From IMG/VR virus record IMGVR_UViG_3300045557_000066, positions 1 through 43,126 of that record: DNA of 43,126 bases, one strand, 5' to 3'. Shown in pieces: positions 19,061-28,289 of the stretch. The first letter of the stretch is position 1; each line of letters opens with the position of its first letter. The position numbers and the translations under genes were made by a program. Source of the DNA: a virus. Its lineage: Duplodnaviria > Caudoviricetes. The notes below the pieces were generated by a model that had not been told where the DNA came from, did no database searches, and worked only from the letters and a program-made list of their open reading frames with translations.

Positions 19061-19442
19061 GCCTCCTTTTTAGTTCATCAAAAATGATGTCTTTTATCCT
19101 CTTTCGGTTTTTCTGAAGCGATCCTTCCGCCCAGTGGACAGCCGGGATTTTGCTTGTGCCCCACTCTGTGAACTTGGAATAAAAAAAGGAAGAATTGTCT
19201 CCCTTGCTTGGCCCCACGTTCACAAATGACAGCCCATTTTGTTCTTCAAGGTCACTTACCTTGATGTGATCCGCCATGTGAAGATTTCCACCTTTGGACC
19301 GCGGTGCCAGTTCTTTCATGGACCGGGCTACGATATCACCCGCCTGGGAAAGCGCATCCTTTTTGATATTTCTTCCCTCTGACCCGAGTTTCCCCAGTTT
19401 AGAAATGAGCTCGTCAATTCCCTCCAGCTTGATATCAGCCAC
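19044..19442 (-). CDS. HK97 gp10-like tail component
   Basis: FYSKFTEWGTSK motif; position. Confidence 0.85.
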   Translation of the reverse strand: MADIKLEGIDELISKLGKLGSEGRNIKKDALSQAGDIVARSMKELAPRSKGGNLHMADHIKVSDLEEQNGLSFVNVGPSKGDNSSFFYSKFTEWGTSKIPAVHWAEGSLQKNRKRIKDIIFDELKRRLEPFD

Positions 19443-19770
19443 TTGAATTCACCTTCTTTCCTATGATTTCAAGGTATCTATTTTTGAAATCCAGATTCTC
19501 TATGAATATAATCTCGTACCTCTCACCTGAAAAAATGACTTCCATGGAAGGCTCAAGCACGGGAAGATATCTGATCCGAAAACGCACCCGCACTTCGTTT
19601 TGAGTGGTGTCCGCCTTTTCGTACTCCCTGCTTTGGACTGGCTTCACCTCCGCCCATACGGTCGCAACGGATTCAAAGGCTTCAATTGAAAACCCGTTTT
19701 CCGTTTCACCAGTTATCTTCTTTTCGATGGTGATTCTATGCCTCATGGCGCCAATGCTATTCATTACCAC
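19435..19770 (-). CDS. Head closure / head-tail adaptor (SPP1 gp16-like)
   Basis: IGAMRHRITI, TVWAEV and FRIRY motifs. Confidence 0.88.
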   Translation of the reverse strand: MVMNSIGAMRHRITIEKKITGETENGFSIEAFESVATVWAEVKPVQSREYEKADTTQNEVRVRFRIRYLPVLEPSMEVIFSGERYEIIFIENLDFKNRYLEIIGKKVNSSG

Positions 19771-20039
19771 GCGTCCTTTCGATAGGCAAAGAGCATCCCC
19801 TTCATGATATCCAGCACAGCCTTGATATTTGAACCCTCCCGGTTTTCATAAAGACTGGCTACGCAAAACATGGCTGCCTGCTTCACCGATTTAGGGATTT
19901 CCGTAAAGTCTGCTTCCTCGCACCTTAGAATGTTTAGGGTAAGTTCGCTTGCCGCACTGATAGCATCCGTGATTACCAAGTCATCCTCCATTCCTTCCAC
20001 TTTCAAATATGCTTTTGCTTCATCTAAAGTAATCAGCAT
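19764..20039 (-). CDS. Head-tail connector (gp6-like)
   Basis: ITLDEAKAYLKV and LYENRE motifs; start MLITL. Confidence 0.88.
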   Translation of the reverse strand: MLITLDEAKAYLKVEGMEDDLVITDAISAASELTLNILRCEEADFTEIPKSVKQAAMFCVASLYENREGSNIKAVLDIMKGMLFAYRKDAW

Positions 20040-20060
20040 GCCTAGTCCTTTCATTGCACT

Positions 20061-20089
20061 AAAAAAGCACAACCATTTGATTGTGCTTT
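20061..20089 (-). terminator. Terminator of the NERD moron
   Basis: AAAGCACAA.../TTGTGCTTTTTT hairpin with T tail. Confidence 0.7.
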
Positions 20090-20094
20090 CAATT

Positions 20095-20814
20095 CTATTT
20101 TGCCATGACGCTTTCAATGTGTGCGGCTTTTGTGGCATCGTCTGCCAATTCGAAACTCTTTAGTAATTCTTCTAGCTCATCCATTTCGGTTTTCATGAAG
20201 ACAGTGCTTCTCTCGGTCACATCCTGCCTTAGTTTTGAGACGAGCCTGTTTCGTTTCAGTACCACAACTCCTTGCAGCTCATTGATTGACTTGTTCAGCT
20301 CACACCGCTCGGAAAAAACGATGTATGAATAAAGATGGTCTTCATAACCGTTTCCGAGCGCCTTCGAAAGCGCTGCGATATGGCCCTTGTTTTGCCAGAT
20401 AGGGTTGAAGAACTTATTTTTCTTGCCACCATTTAGACTTTGGGTCCAGTACCTTACTTTATCATCGCCAAGTATCCAGCCGCTGTAGTTTTTGGATTCG
20501 AATACATAAATTCCGGTTGGGTGGATCATCACAAGGTCCACTTCAGTAGTTTTTCCGTCTTTGCCCGGAAGGTAAAGATTTGTCAAAATCCTGTTATCAC
20601 CGTCCAGTTTTTCAAGTTCCAGGAAAGTAAGATACTCGCCACTGTTTCCTTTACTAGCTACTGTCTTTGCATAGCTGTTTCCACTTGCATCGGAATAGCT
20701 CGAACCCTTAAACTCCTTCTTTCTAAAATACATTCGGATAAGAACGTAAATAAGTGGTAAAAAGATGATCAGCATCCAAGGCTGAAATATTGCGGATAAG
20801 ATTAGATCGGACAT
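20095..20814 (-). CDS. Membrane-anchored NERD (nuclease-related domain) protein, moron
   Basis: N-terminal TM; GEY, TEVDLVMIHPTGIYVFESKNYSG and NPIWQNKGH motifs. Confidence 0.9.
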   Translation of the reverse strand: MSDLILSAIFQPWMLIIFLPLIYVLIRMYFRKKEFKGSSYSDASGNSYAKTVASKGNSGEYLTFLELEKLDGDNRILTNLYLPGKDGKTTEVDLVMIHPTGIYVFESKNYSGWILGDDKVRYWTQSLNGGKKNKFFNPIWQNKGHIAALSKALGNGYEDHLYSYIVFSERCELNKSINELQGVVVLKRNRLVSKLRQDVTERSTVFMKTEMDELEELLKSFELADDATKAAHIESVMAK

Positions 20815-20844
20815 AACTTCCCCCTATATATTTTGATGGGCTTC

Positions 20845-20873
20845 ATTATATCATCCAAAGGCCATAGGGACAA
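20845..20873 (-). promoter_or_regulatory. Sigma-A promoter of the NERD moron
   Basis: TTGTCC-N17-TATAAT with extended -10 TG. Confidence 0.75.
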
Positions 20874-20890
20874 TGTCTGATTTCGCCTTT

Positions 20891-21100
20891 TTACTCGGTT
20901 TTTAAAAGGCCCGCAGTACGAAGCTTTGCCAGCAAGGCATTGAAGTCAATTACAAGTGCTGCGATGGTAGATGCTACAGAATCTGCTTGGGCCTCCGCAG
21001 AGGGAAGCCCCTCCACTGTCGCACCTTCTTCGATTATTAGCTTGCCGCCAATCACGGTCTCGTCGCCGCCTTGCTCTTTGTAGTTTTTTACATTGCTCAT
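20891..21100 (-). CDS. Head fibre/decoration-like small protein
   Basis: KNYKEQGGDETVIGG...DFNALLAKLRTAGL motif; close after the capsid gene. Confidence 0.75.
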   Translation of the reverse strand: MSNVKNYKEQGGDETVIGGKLIIEEGATVEGLPSAEAQADSVASTIAALVIDFNALLAKLRTAGLLKTE

Positions 21101-21127
21101 GTTTTTCCTCTCTGCCAAAAGGCAACC

Positions 21128-21157
21128 AAAAAGGACCTACAATTTTGCAGGTCCTTT
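21128..21157 (-). terminator. Terminator of the 84-aa moron
   Basis: AAAGGACCT.../AGGTCCTTTTT. Confidence 0.7.
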
Positions 21158-21177
21158 CTGGAGTCAAAAGTAAAGGT

Positions 21178-21432
21178 TTATAGAAAATATCTTATTGTTA
21201 AATATGCTCCTTTTCCACTTGGTGGAGTTTCCAATACCTGGTCCCCATCAGACATCATGCTATACATTGCACTGCAGCAGATAGGCATTCTATGGTTTTG
21301 TCCGGGATACCCGCCTACCGCCATGTGCACTTCCCTTGACACCAGGTCAATAAACTTTGCACCCTTCCTTTTTGCTTCGACCTTTTGGCGTAATATCTCT
21401 TCAACAAAGGCTTCTGTATGTGTGTTTGTCAT
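21178..21432 (-). CDS. Small hypothetical protein with GGYPGxNHRMPxCC motif, moron
   Basis: RBS GGAGGTG, own promoter and terminator. Confidence 0.75.
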   Translation of the reverse strand: MTNTHTEAFVEEILRQKVEAKRKGAKFIDLVSREVHMAVGGYPGQNHRMPICCSAMYSMMSDGDQVLETPPSGKGAYLTIRYFL

Positions 21433-21454
21433 CGCAATCACCTCCTATAATGGT

Positions 21455-21483
21455 AATGTATCACAGGAATTCAAAACGCACAA
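21455..21483 (-). promoter_or_regulatory. Sigma-A-like promoter of the 84-aa moron
   Basis: TTGTGC-N17-TACATT with TGTG extended -10. Confidence 0.55.
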
Positions 21484-21606
21484 GATAAGCGAGGTATAGG
21501 TTTTGTTGTGAGATTTTGGGAGTGAAGTTGGTATAGGATGTTGATTATTTGTTCAAATTTCAACGTTCCACAAAATTACCGCATATTTAGCCGAAAAAAT
21601 AAATTT

Positions 21607-22803
21607 TTATGCTTTCTGCTGGAAGACCTTAATTGCATCGGAAAGGATCAGTTTCCCATCCACTCTTTGGGTCGCCCTAAAACCAACCTGCCCGGTGGCG
21701 GCATAAAGCTCGTTCAGTCTTTGGAAGGATCGTCCCTGTCTATCTGCAATCCAGTAGTAGGAGAAGTCCCCAAAAGCAATGGTCTTTGCAGCGGCTTCGA
21801 TGCCAGGCACAAACCCGGAGGTTTTAACCGGTCTATTTAAGATGGTATCCGGCTGCCCTGCGGTGATGGAAGGCTGCCACAGGTACTGGCCGTTTCCGTC
21901 TTTCAGCTTTCTGATAGCTTTCACCGTAGTATCGTTCATCACAAAGACTGCATTCTTCCGATACGGGGATCCCAGGCTGTGATAAAGGTCAATCAGTTCG
22001 TCGGAAGTGATGGCAGTTGCGCTGGCTCCCGTCACCCCAAGGCTTGCTCCGCCAGTGGCGTTGAAGATCCCGGTCGGTTTTCCGGTGCCATTTCCAATGA
22101 AGAAGGCTTCCTCTTCCTTGGTTCCGATTCTTCGTGCAAACTCTCTTGCAATATAGCTTTCCAGGTTGAAGACGCTGTCGTTTAGAAGTTCCTCGGAAAC
22201 CTTAATGATGGTAGCCAGTTTGTGGGCACCAATAGATACAAGGCCAAAGGCATCGTCAGATTCAGGGATGTTTCCTTCCTCTTCCACCCAAGATGCGGTT
22301 CCCTTGCTTGCCACAACGGGAATCTTTCTGTCACCTGAAGAAGTACCTATAATGTTTGCCATTTGGCGGAATATGTTCGCTTCCAAAAGCGCCTCAACCA
22401 AAGTCTTTTCAAACTCGTCTGGCACTAGGTATCCGCCTTCTGAGTCGGTTCCGGTCTGAAGGGCGTTTTGGATATCGTATCCAGCTTTGTTTCTCATGGA
22501 AAGCCAGAATGCTTTCTTGTACTCATCGCTCGCCCGTCCGGTCTTTTCTTTTTCCTTTCGACCTTCCGGTTTTCCGGTGATAGGCTCATTTACCGGGCGA
22601 GAAAGTTCCAAATCAAGCGCAGCCTGCCTCTCCAGCCGTTCTATTTCTTTGCCAAGGGAAACAACCTCCCCTTCCATTTTTTCATAGGTGGCGGTGTCTT
22701 CTGCGGATAAAAGTCCGTCTTTTCCCCTCCGCTCGTCCAAAAATGCCTTGGCAGCATCCCAGATCTTTGCTCTTTTTTCTCTCATTTCCAAAATCTTGTT
22801 CAT
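21607..22803 (-). CDS. Major capsid protein, HK97 fold
   Basis: GGYLVPDEFE, GNGTGKPTGI, LKDGNGQYLW and FGDFSYY motifs. Confidence 0.96.
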   Translation of the reverse strand: MNKILEMREKRAKIWDAAKAFLDERRGKDGLLSAEDTATYEKMEGEVVSLGKEIERLERQAALDLELSRPVNEPITGKPEGRKEKEKTGRASDEYKKAFWLSMRNKAGYDIQNALQTGTDSEGGYLVPDEFEKTLVEALLEANIFRQMANIIGTSSGDRKIPVVASKGTASWVEEEGNIPESDDAFGLVSIGAHKLATIIKVSEELLNDSVFNLESYIAREFARRIGTKEEEAFFIGNGTGKPTGIFNATGGASLGVTGASATAITSDELIDLYHSLGSPYRKNAVFVMNDTTVKAIRKLKDGNGQYLWQPSITAGQPDTILNRPVKTSGFVPGIEAAAKTIAFGDFSYYWIADRQGRSFQRLNELYAATGQVGFRATQRVDGKLILSDAIKVFQQKA

Positions 22804-22812
22804 AAAACCCTC

Positions 22813-23502
22813 CTATGGTTTAATTAAAAAAAGCCTTTTTTCAAGGCTTACTACGGGTGTACCGGTGCTTTCCGGTTCATTTAGTGGTAATTTTTCAAGC
22901 AGTGAATTGGTGACCGCCCGTCTTGAAAAGGAATACGATGAAAGATCTTCCGGCCCTTTCTTTTCAGAAAACATGATGTCATCGGCAAACCCATATTCAA
23001 TTGCCTTATGGGCCGACAGCCAGGTTTCCGCATCCATGAGCTTTGATAACTTGTTTCTAGCCATTCCGGTTTTAATTTCATATGCGTTGATGATGGACTC
23101 TTTCACTTCATCCAGCATCAAAGAGGCCTTCTTCATTTCCTCCGTATCACCTATGGCAACGGTCAAGGGATTATGGATCATCATAAGGCTTGTTGGTCCC
23201 ATAAGGACTTTTGTTCCCGCCATCGCGATAACCGATGCGGCGCTTGCTGCAATCCCATCCACCTTGACAGTGACATCGCCTTTATGCTCCATGAGCATGT
23301 TGTAGATTTGGCTTGCCGCGATGCAATCACCTCCCGGGGAGTTGATCCAAACCTCAATGTCGCCTTCTATAGCATCAAGATCCGCTTTAAAGGCGACAGG
23401 GGTTATTTCGTCGCCCCACCAACTTTCTTCCGCAATGACACCGCTAAGATATAAGGTGGTTGTTTCATCTTCGTTTTTAACGAAGTTCCAAAATTTCTTC
23501 AC
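22813..23502 (-). CDS. ClpP-type prohead protease
   Basis: INSPGGD, AASAASVIAMAG and MMIHNP motifs. Confidence 0.95.
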   Translation of the reverse strand: MKKFWNFVKNEDETTTLYLSGVIAEESWWGDEITPVAFKADLDAIEGDIEVWINSPGGDCIAASQIYNMLMEHKGDVTVKVDGIAASAASVIAMAGTKVLMGPTSLMMIHNPLTVAIGDTEEMKKASLMLDEVKESIINAYEIKTGMARNKLSKLMDAETWLSAHKAIEYGFADDIMFSEKKGPEDLSSYSFSRRAVTNSLLEKLPLNEPESTGTPVVSLEKRLFLIKP

Positions 23503-24725
23503 ACTTTTTCCTCCTTGTTTTTATCCTCTTCAGGGCTATTTCCAGTTTCCCCAAGCATCTTCATGGAGCCGCCAACCAGGTACAGGTCGCCGCCTTGCTC
23601 CTTTGGTATCCGGTTCATGTTTTCAAGTTCACGGATATCGTTTGCTGAAAGCCAACCGTTTAGTCTACCTGTGGCGTACCCCTGCATCCGGGATGCATAA
23701 TCCCCTCGAAGAAGACCATCCACATTGAACTTGATAAAGTACTGTGACTTTTCCGTTTGGGACAGCAGCGCCTTTTGCATGGACATTTCCCACCTTACAA
23801 CCCAAGGGTCCAGGGTATATTTCACAAACTCTAGACTCTGCTGTTCTATGTTTGAGAAGCTGGACTTTTCAAGGTCTCCTATCATATGAGGCGGGATTCG
23901 AAAGATTCTTGCGATCTCATTTATTTGAAACTTTCTGGTTTGTAAAAACTGTGCCTGCTCCGGCGGGATTCCGATGCTTTGAAATTTCATCCCTTCTTCA
24001 AGGACTGCAATCCTGTGGGCATTCCCGCTCCCCTGATATACCGCGTTCCAGCTTTCACGGATTTTACCAGGGTCTTTCACAATCCCAGGATGCTCAAGCA
24101 CTCCGCCCGGACTTGCGCCATTGGCGAAAAACCTTGCACCGTATTCTTCCGTAGCGATTGCCATGCCGATGGCATTCTTGGCCATGGCGATTGGTGAGTA
24201 GCCAATAAGACCATCAAAGCCTAGCCCAGGTATATGAAGCACATCTGAGCGTTTTAAGAGCACCGGGCCTTTATCTCCCTGGTAGGTGTAGTAAAGCTCT
24301 CCGGCATCCGTTCTTTCAACGTTCATCCGATCCGGCATCAGTGGATAAATGGAATGGATATTGCCTCGCCCATCTCTTATGATCTGCGCGTATGCATTTC
24401 CCCAAAGGAGCAAATGGCTCATGAGCGTTTCCCGAAAGACAAACGAAGTCATCTCAGGGTTTGGCTCATTGTGTAATAGCGTATAAAGTGGATGCTTATC
24501 TGATTTCTCGCTTCCGCCTTTTGTCACTTCATAGACATGAAGGGGAAGGCTCGCGATGGTTTCTGACAGAATCCTCACGCAGGAATAGACTGCGCTTGTT
24601 TGCATAGCGGTTCGCTCGGTAACCGTCTTTCCGCTGGTTGTTCCTCCAAAGAAAAAAGAGAACCTGCTACTTAAGCTGTTCTCCGGCTTTTCCCTTGCTT
24701 TTATGATGCTTTGAAGTAGTCCCAT
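23499..24725 (-). CDS. Portal protein, HK97 family
   Basis: AVYSCVRILSETIASLP, LLLWGNAY and IARIFRIPPH motifs. Confidence 0.96.
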   Translation of the reverse strand: MGLLQSIIKAREKPENSLSSRFSFFFGGTTSGKTVTERTAMQTSAVYSCVRILSETIASLPLHVYEVTKGGSEKSDKHPLYTLLHNEPNPEMTSFVFRETLMSHLLLWGNAYAQIIRDGRGNIHSIYPLMPDRMNVERTDAGELYYTYQGDKGPVLLKRSDVLHIPGLGFDGLIGYSPIAMAKNAIGMAIATEEYGARFFANGASPGGVLEHPGIVKDPGKIRESWNAVYQGSGNAHRIAVLEEGMKFQSIGIPPEQAQFLQTRKFQINEIARIFRIPPHMIGDLEKSSFSNIEQQSLEFVKYTLDPWVVRWEMSMQKALLSQTEKSQYFIKFNVDGLLRGDYASRMQGYATGRLNGWLSANDIRELENMNRIPKEQGGDLYLVGGSMKMLGETGNSPEEDKNKEEKV

Positions 24726-24745
24726 GGTTCCTCCTTTTGGACATT

Positions 24746-24771
24746 AAAAAAGCACCTCGGATGAGATGCTT
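24746..24771 (-). terminator. Terminator of the three-gene cassette
   Basis: AAGCATCTC-atcc-GAGGTGCTTTTTT. Confidence 0.7.
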
Positions 24772-24796
24772 GTAGTTTATGGAGATTCTCCTTTGA

Positions 24797-25213
24797 CTAT
24801 CTAAAATCGATTTTTTCAACCATGCTTGCTATCAGCCCGCAAATTGTTCTATTAATTTGCGGACTTGTACTTTTATTCAGTAGTATATTTCCATGAAATC
24901 TATTGCCTGGAATTTCTTTCTTTTCATATGATAACAACCCAGCAACGTTTGCCCACAGTTTGATACCATCAATTCTTTCTCTTGGGATATGGGCAACTCC
25001 GCACTTAAATTGTATTATGTCAGTGCCTTCCTTCTTTTGCTCCCATATCGCACTGTATGCCTCATCAGATTCATGCCAGGTTATTGAAGCCTCCATCTTT
25101 TCATCATCCCTATTTTTATCCTCGAATTTTATAAAGCTTGAAGAAATTCTACCATCCGAGTCAATCACACTGCCATCAGTGATACCTCTTAACATAATAT
25201 TTGGATAGGTCAT
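24797..25213 (-). CDS. Hypothetical protein, possible ADP-ribosyltransferase-like toxin/effector
   Basis: LRG...ASITW...GNRFHGNI pattern; start set to MTYPN by RBS spacing; function is inference. Confidence 0.6.
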   Translation of the reverse strand: MTYPNIMLRGITDGSVIDSDGRISSSFIKFEDKNRDDEKMEASITWHESDEAYSAIWEQKKEGTDIIQFKCGVAHIPRERIDGIKLWANVAGLLSYEKKEIPGNRFHGNILLNKSTSPQINRTICGLIASMVEKIDFR

Positions 25214-25214
25214 A

Positions 25215-25724
25215 TCATGCATTCTCCATTACATCTGATAACATTCTCCTAAGGAAGGTTTTATTTTCTTTCCCAATTTGATGTGACATTGCGCTAAAAG
25301 AGCCCGTTGTTGCGTCTTGTGAGACCCGGTACAGGCTAGTTTTTCCCATATCTTCGTCAACGACAATGCCAAAACGAAATTTTTCAAAGTTCCATTCTAT
25401 CAGCACATTATCTTCATCATGAGATAGGTGCATACGTGACAAATATTTATCTACTTCTAGATTCTTTGCATATTCAATAAGCATAGCCTCTACACTTTTT
25501 AATATCGTAACAGTATTACCTTTCAGGTTTTCATTATCTATTTCATTCAAGACAATATTGGCTTGGTTGAATATGTCAAACTCAGAAGGCAGTATGACTT
25601 TGTATGGTGTTGGCTCTTCAATTGATGTGCTTGTTTCTTCATTATTTTTAAAAACAGACAAGTACGGACCCGCAGAGGAATCCGTTTTTTCTTTATCTGC
25701 ATCAAGTGAAAAAAATATTCCCAT
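25215..25724 (-). CDS. Hypothetical acidic protein, middle gene of the cassette (possible antitoxin)
   Basis: Start overlaps the upstream stop (TAATG); low-complexity N-terminus, DEDNVLIEW motif. Confidence 0.65.
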   Translation of the reverse strand: MGIFFSLDADKEKTDSSAGPYLSVFKNNEETSTSIEEPTPYKVILPSEFDIFNQANIVLNEIDNENLKGNTVTILKSVEAMLIEYAKNLEVDKYLSRMHLSHDEDNVLIEWNFEKFRFGIVVDEDMGKTSLYRVSQDATTGSFSAMSHQIGKENKTFLRRMLSDVMENA

Positions 25725-26542
25725 TACTCAACATCCCTTGGTAGTAAACTGTTATGCAGTTTGTCAGTAAAAATAGCTCTGATAATATTAGTTGAATGCT
25801 TGTGCATCGATTCAAGTTTGTTTTTAGCGTCATCTTTAAGGGTTTTAAATACAAACAAATCCGAATCAACTATAAAGTTCTTTTCAACTGTGAGCGGGGT
25901 TGCACTCACCATAGAAGCATTGCTCTGGCCAAGCGCAGTCAAGATGCGACCAGTAATTCCTTCACCTAAATCAAGTTCTGCAACATTTTCATAAGCCTTG
26001 ATTTCGTCGCAAATATCACTATTTGATAGAAAACCAAGTGCAAATCCATGGATTAAATCCTCCCAGCAATTTTCTGTCAACCCATATTCTGCTTTTTTTA
26101 TTTCATCAATATATCTAAGGCCAATTCTTTCAAAATACGAAATATCATAGCATAAATCTAGCAATTGGATCAGCGAATAGAGTTTTTCTGAGAACTCTTC
26201 CCATTTTGAATATTTTAATGTTGAGAGTGATAAAAATGTGCTTGTGAGGTTAACTGTCCAATTCCCATCACTCGATGAAAACTTGTAATTCTTGATAATT
26301 TCAGATTGTACCCCACTCGAGACAGAAACTGGTGATGCATTTGGTGCTTGAATATCGAAAGTGAACTGTTGTTGCTGTTCATTGATAATGCTGAAATCCG
26401 GATATTCTGTTCTCACACCCTCCTGGAAATCAACCGGCATGGTTTCACCAATTTTCAGTATCCTAGGGAATCTAAGCTGACAAATAACATTAACCAAAGG
26501 ATTTCTTTCATAAATCACTCTTGAAGATTCTTTGAATGGCAT
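25724..26542 (-). CDS. TIGR04255-family protein
   Basis: YERNPLVNVICQLRFP, Y.KWEEF and RIGLRYID signature. Confidence 0.8.
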   Translation of the reverse strand: MPFKESSRVIYERNPLVNVICQLRFPRILKIGETMPVDFQEGVRTEYPDFSIINEQQQQFTFDIQAPNASPVSVSSGVQSEIIKNYKFSSSDGNWTVNLTSTFLSLSTLKYSKWEEFSEKLYSLIQLLDLCYDISYFERIGLRYIDEIKKAEYGLTENCWEDLIHGFALGFLSNSDICDEIKAYENVAELDLGEGITGRILTALGQSNASMVSATPLTVEKNFIVDSDLFVFKTLKDDAKNKLESMHKHSTNIIRAIFTDKLHNSLLPRDVE

Positions 26543-26563
26543 AGTAGCACCTCCGTTAGCGTC

Positions 26564-26592
26564 ATTCTAACACATGACTATGACCCTTTCAA
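26564..26592 (-). promoter_or_regulatory. Sigma-A promoter of the TIGR04255 cassette
   Basis: TTGAAA-N17-TAGAAT with TGTG extended -10. Confidence 0.75.
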
Positions 26593-26624
26593 TATTAATC
26601 CATCGCAATCTCAATGGAACAAGG

Positions 26625-28214
26625 TTATATGAGTAGCAGCCCCCTGTTTTCATAGACGCTTCCTATCATATCGCCTCCGCATCTTATGGCTCTATCAAGG
26701 GCCATAATGGTTGCCACAGCGCCATCAATTCGCTCCGTGGACTTTTCTTTGTCCGGTTTGATGTTTCCTGCCGGATCAGTTCTTACAGTGATGTTATCCA
26801 TCATCCATCTCAGAACCGGATTACCGCCATGAGCTATCTTTTGTTCCATAGTAAGTTTCATCAGCTCCTTAGTTGGCGGTGACATATCCTTAAAGCCCTG
26901 GCCAAATCGCACCAGGGTAAACCCTAGCCCTTCCAGGTTTTGCGCCATCTGCACTGCGCCCCAACGGTCAAAGGCTATTTCTTTTATATTGTATCTTAGT
27001 CCAAGTTCTTCAATGAAGCTTTCTATAAATCCGTAGTGAACCACGTTTCCTTCGGTTGTCAGGATGTACCCTTGCTTGTGCCAAACATCGTAGGGCACAT
27101 GGTCTCGTCTGACTCTTAGGTCCAGATTTTCTTCCGGAATCCAAAAGTAAGGAAGCACCTCGTATCTGCCTTCTGGGGATTCTGGTGGAAATACCAAAAC
27201 AAAAGCGGTGAGGTCCGTGGTGCTGGATAAGTCAAGGCCACCATAACACACCCTACCTAAAAGTTCATGTTCATCAACTGCAAAGCTGCACCGGTCCCAC
27301 TTTTCCATTGGCATCCAGCGTATTGACTGCTTCACCCACTGATTTAGCCTTAGCTGCCTGAAAAGGTTTTCTTCCGCAGGATTGTTTCTTGCCGAATCGC
27401 AGGCGGTTTGTATCTTGTCAAGTCCCACGGTGATGCCAAGTGATGGGTTTGCTTTCATCCATATCTTTGGACTGGTCCAGTCATCTTGCTCTTCCGCACC
27501 GTAGATCACTGGGTAAAAGCTCGGGTCTATTTTCTTGCCCCGGATAATATCTTCCGCCTTTTGATGCACTTCCCAGCAGATGGAGTTTCGATCCGTCCCA
27601 GCGGTGGTGATTAGAAAATATAGCGGCTGCCTTCTGGCATCACCGGAGCCGTGAAGCATGACATCATAAAGCTGCCTGTTAGGCTGGGCATGAAGCTCAT
27701 CAAAGACGACCCCATGAACGTTAAGGCCGTGCTTTGTATAAGCTTCCGCCGAGAGCACCTGATAAAAGCTACCAAGGGGTTTATAAATTAGCCTCTTTTG
27801 GGATATGGCAGGTTTGATTCTTTGTTTCAGTGCCGGGCACTGATCCACCATTTCAACTGCAACATCAAATACGATGGATGCCTGCTGCCGGTCCGATGCA
27901 CAGCCATAGACTTCGCCGCCATGCTCAAAGTCGCCGCAGGTAAGTAGCAGTGCAACCGCAGCAGCTAGTTCAGACTTGCCTTGCTTTTTTGGAATTTCAA
28001 TATAGGCGGAGTTGAACTGCCGGTACCCGTTTGACTTTAAGCTGCCAAATACATCCCGTATGATTTGCTCCTGCCAGTCGATAAGGTCAAAGGGCTGGCC
28101 AAACCACTCACCTTTGGTGTGCTTTAGGCAAGAGATAAAGGACACCGCTAGGTCTGCAGCCCCTTTATCGTATATTGAACCTTGGGCTAGGAACGGAGTC
28201 TTTGTGTATCGCAT
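26625..28214 (-). CDS. terL: Terminase large subunit (possible ATT start at 28226)
   Basis: IPKKQGKSE Walker A, VVFDELH Walker B, GGLDLSSTTD and RIDGAVA motifs. Confidence 0.97.
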   Translation of the reverse strand: MRYTKTPFLAQGSIYDKGAADLAVSFISCLKHTKGEWFGQPFDLIDWQEQIIRDVFGSLKSNGYRQFNSAYIEIPKKQGKSELAAAVALLLTCGDFEHGGEVYGCASDRQQASIVFDVAVEMVDQCPALKQRIKPAISQKRLIYKPLGSFYQVLSAEAYTKHGLNVHGVVFDELHAQPNRQLYDVMLHGSGDARRQPLYFLITTAGTDRNSICWEVHQKAEDIIRGKKIDPSFYPVIYGAEEQDDWTSPKIWMKANPSLGITVGLDKIQTACDSARNNPAEENLFRQLRLNQWVKQSIRWMPMEKWDRCSFAVDEHELLGRVCYGGLDLSSTTDLTAFVLVFPPESPEGRYEVLPYFWIPEENLDLRVRRDHVPYDVWHKQGYILTTEGNVVHYGFIESFIEELGLRYNIKEIAFDRWGAVQMAQNLEGLGFTLVRFGQGFKDMSPPTKELMKLTMEQKIAHGGNPVLRWMMDNITVRTDPAGNIKPDKEKSTERIDGAVATIMALDRAIRCGGDMIGSVYENRGLLLI

Positions 28215-28253
28215 TAGCTTTCGAATATCTCCTGCCCCCTTCCCGGTCCAACG

Positions 28254-28273
28254 AAAAAAGAGCCCGTAGGCTC
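28254..28273 (-). terminator. Terminator upstream of terL
   Basis: GAGCC-tacg-GGCTC followed by TTTTTT. Confidence 0.6.
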
Positions 28274-28289
28274 TCTTTCAGAATAACTT

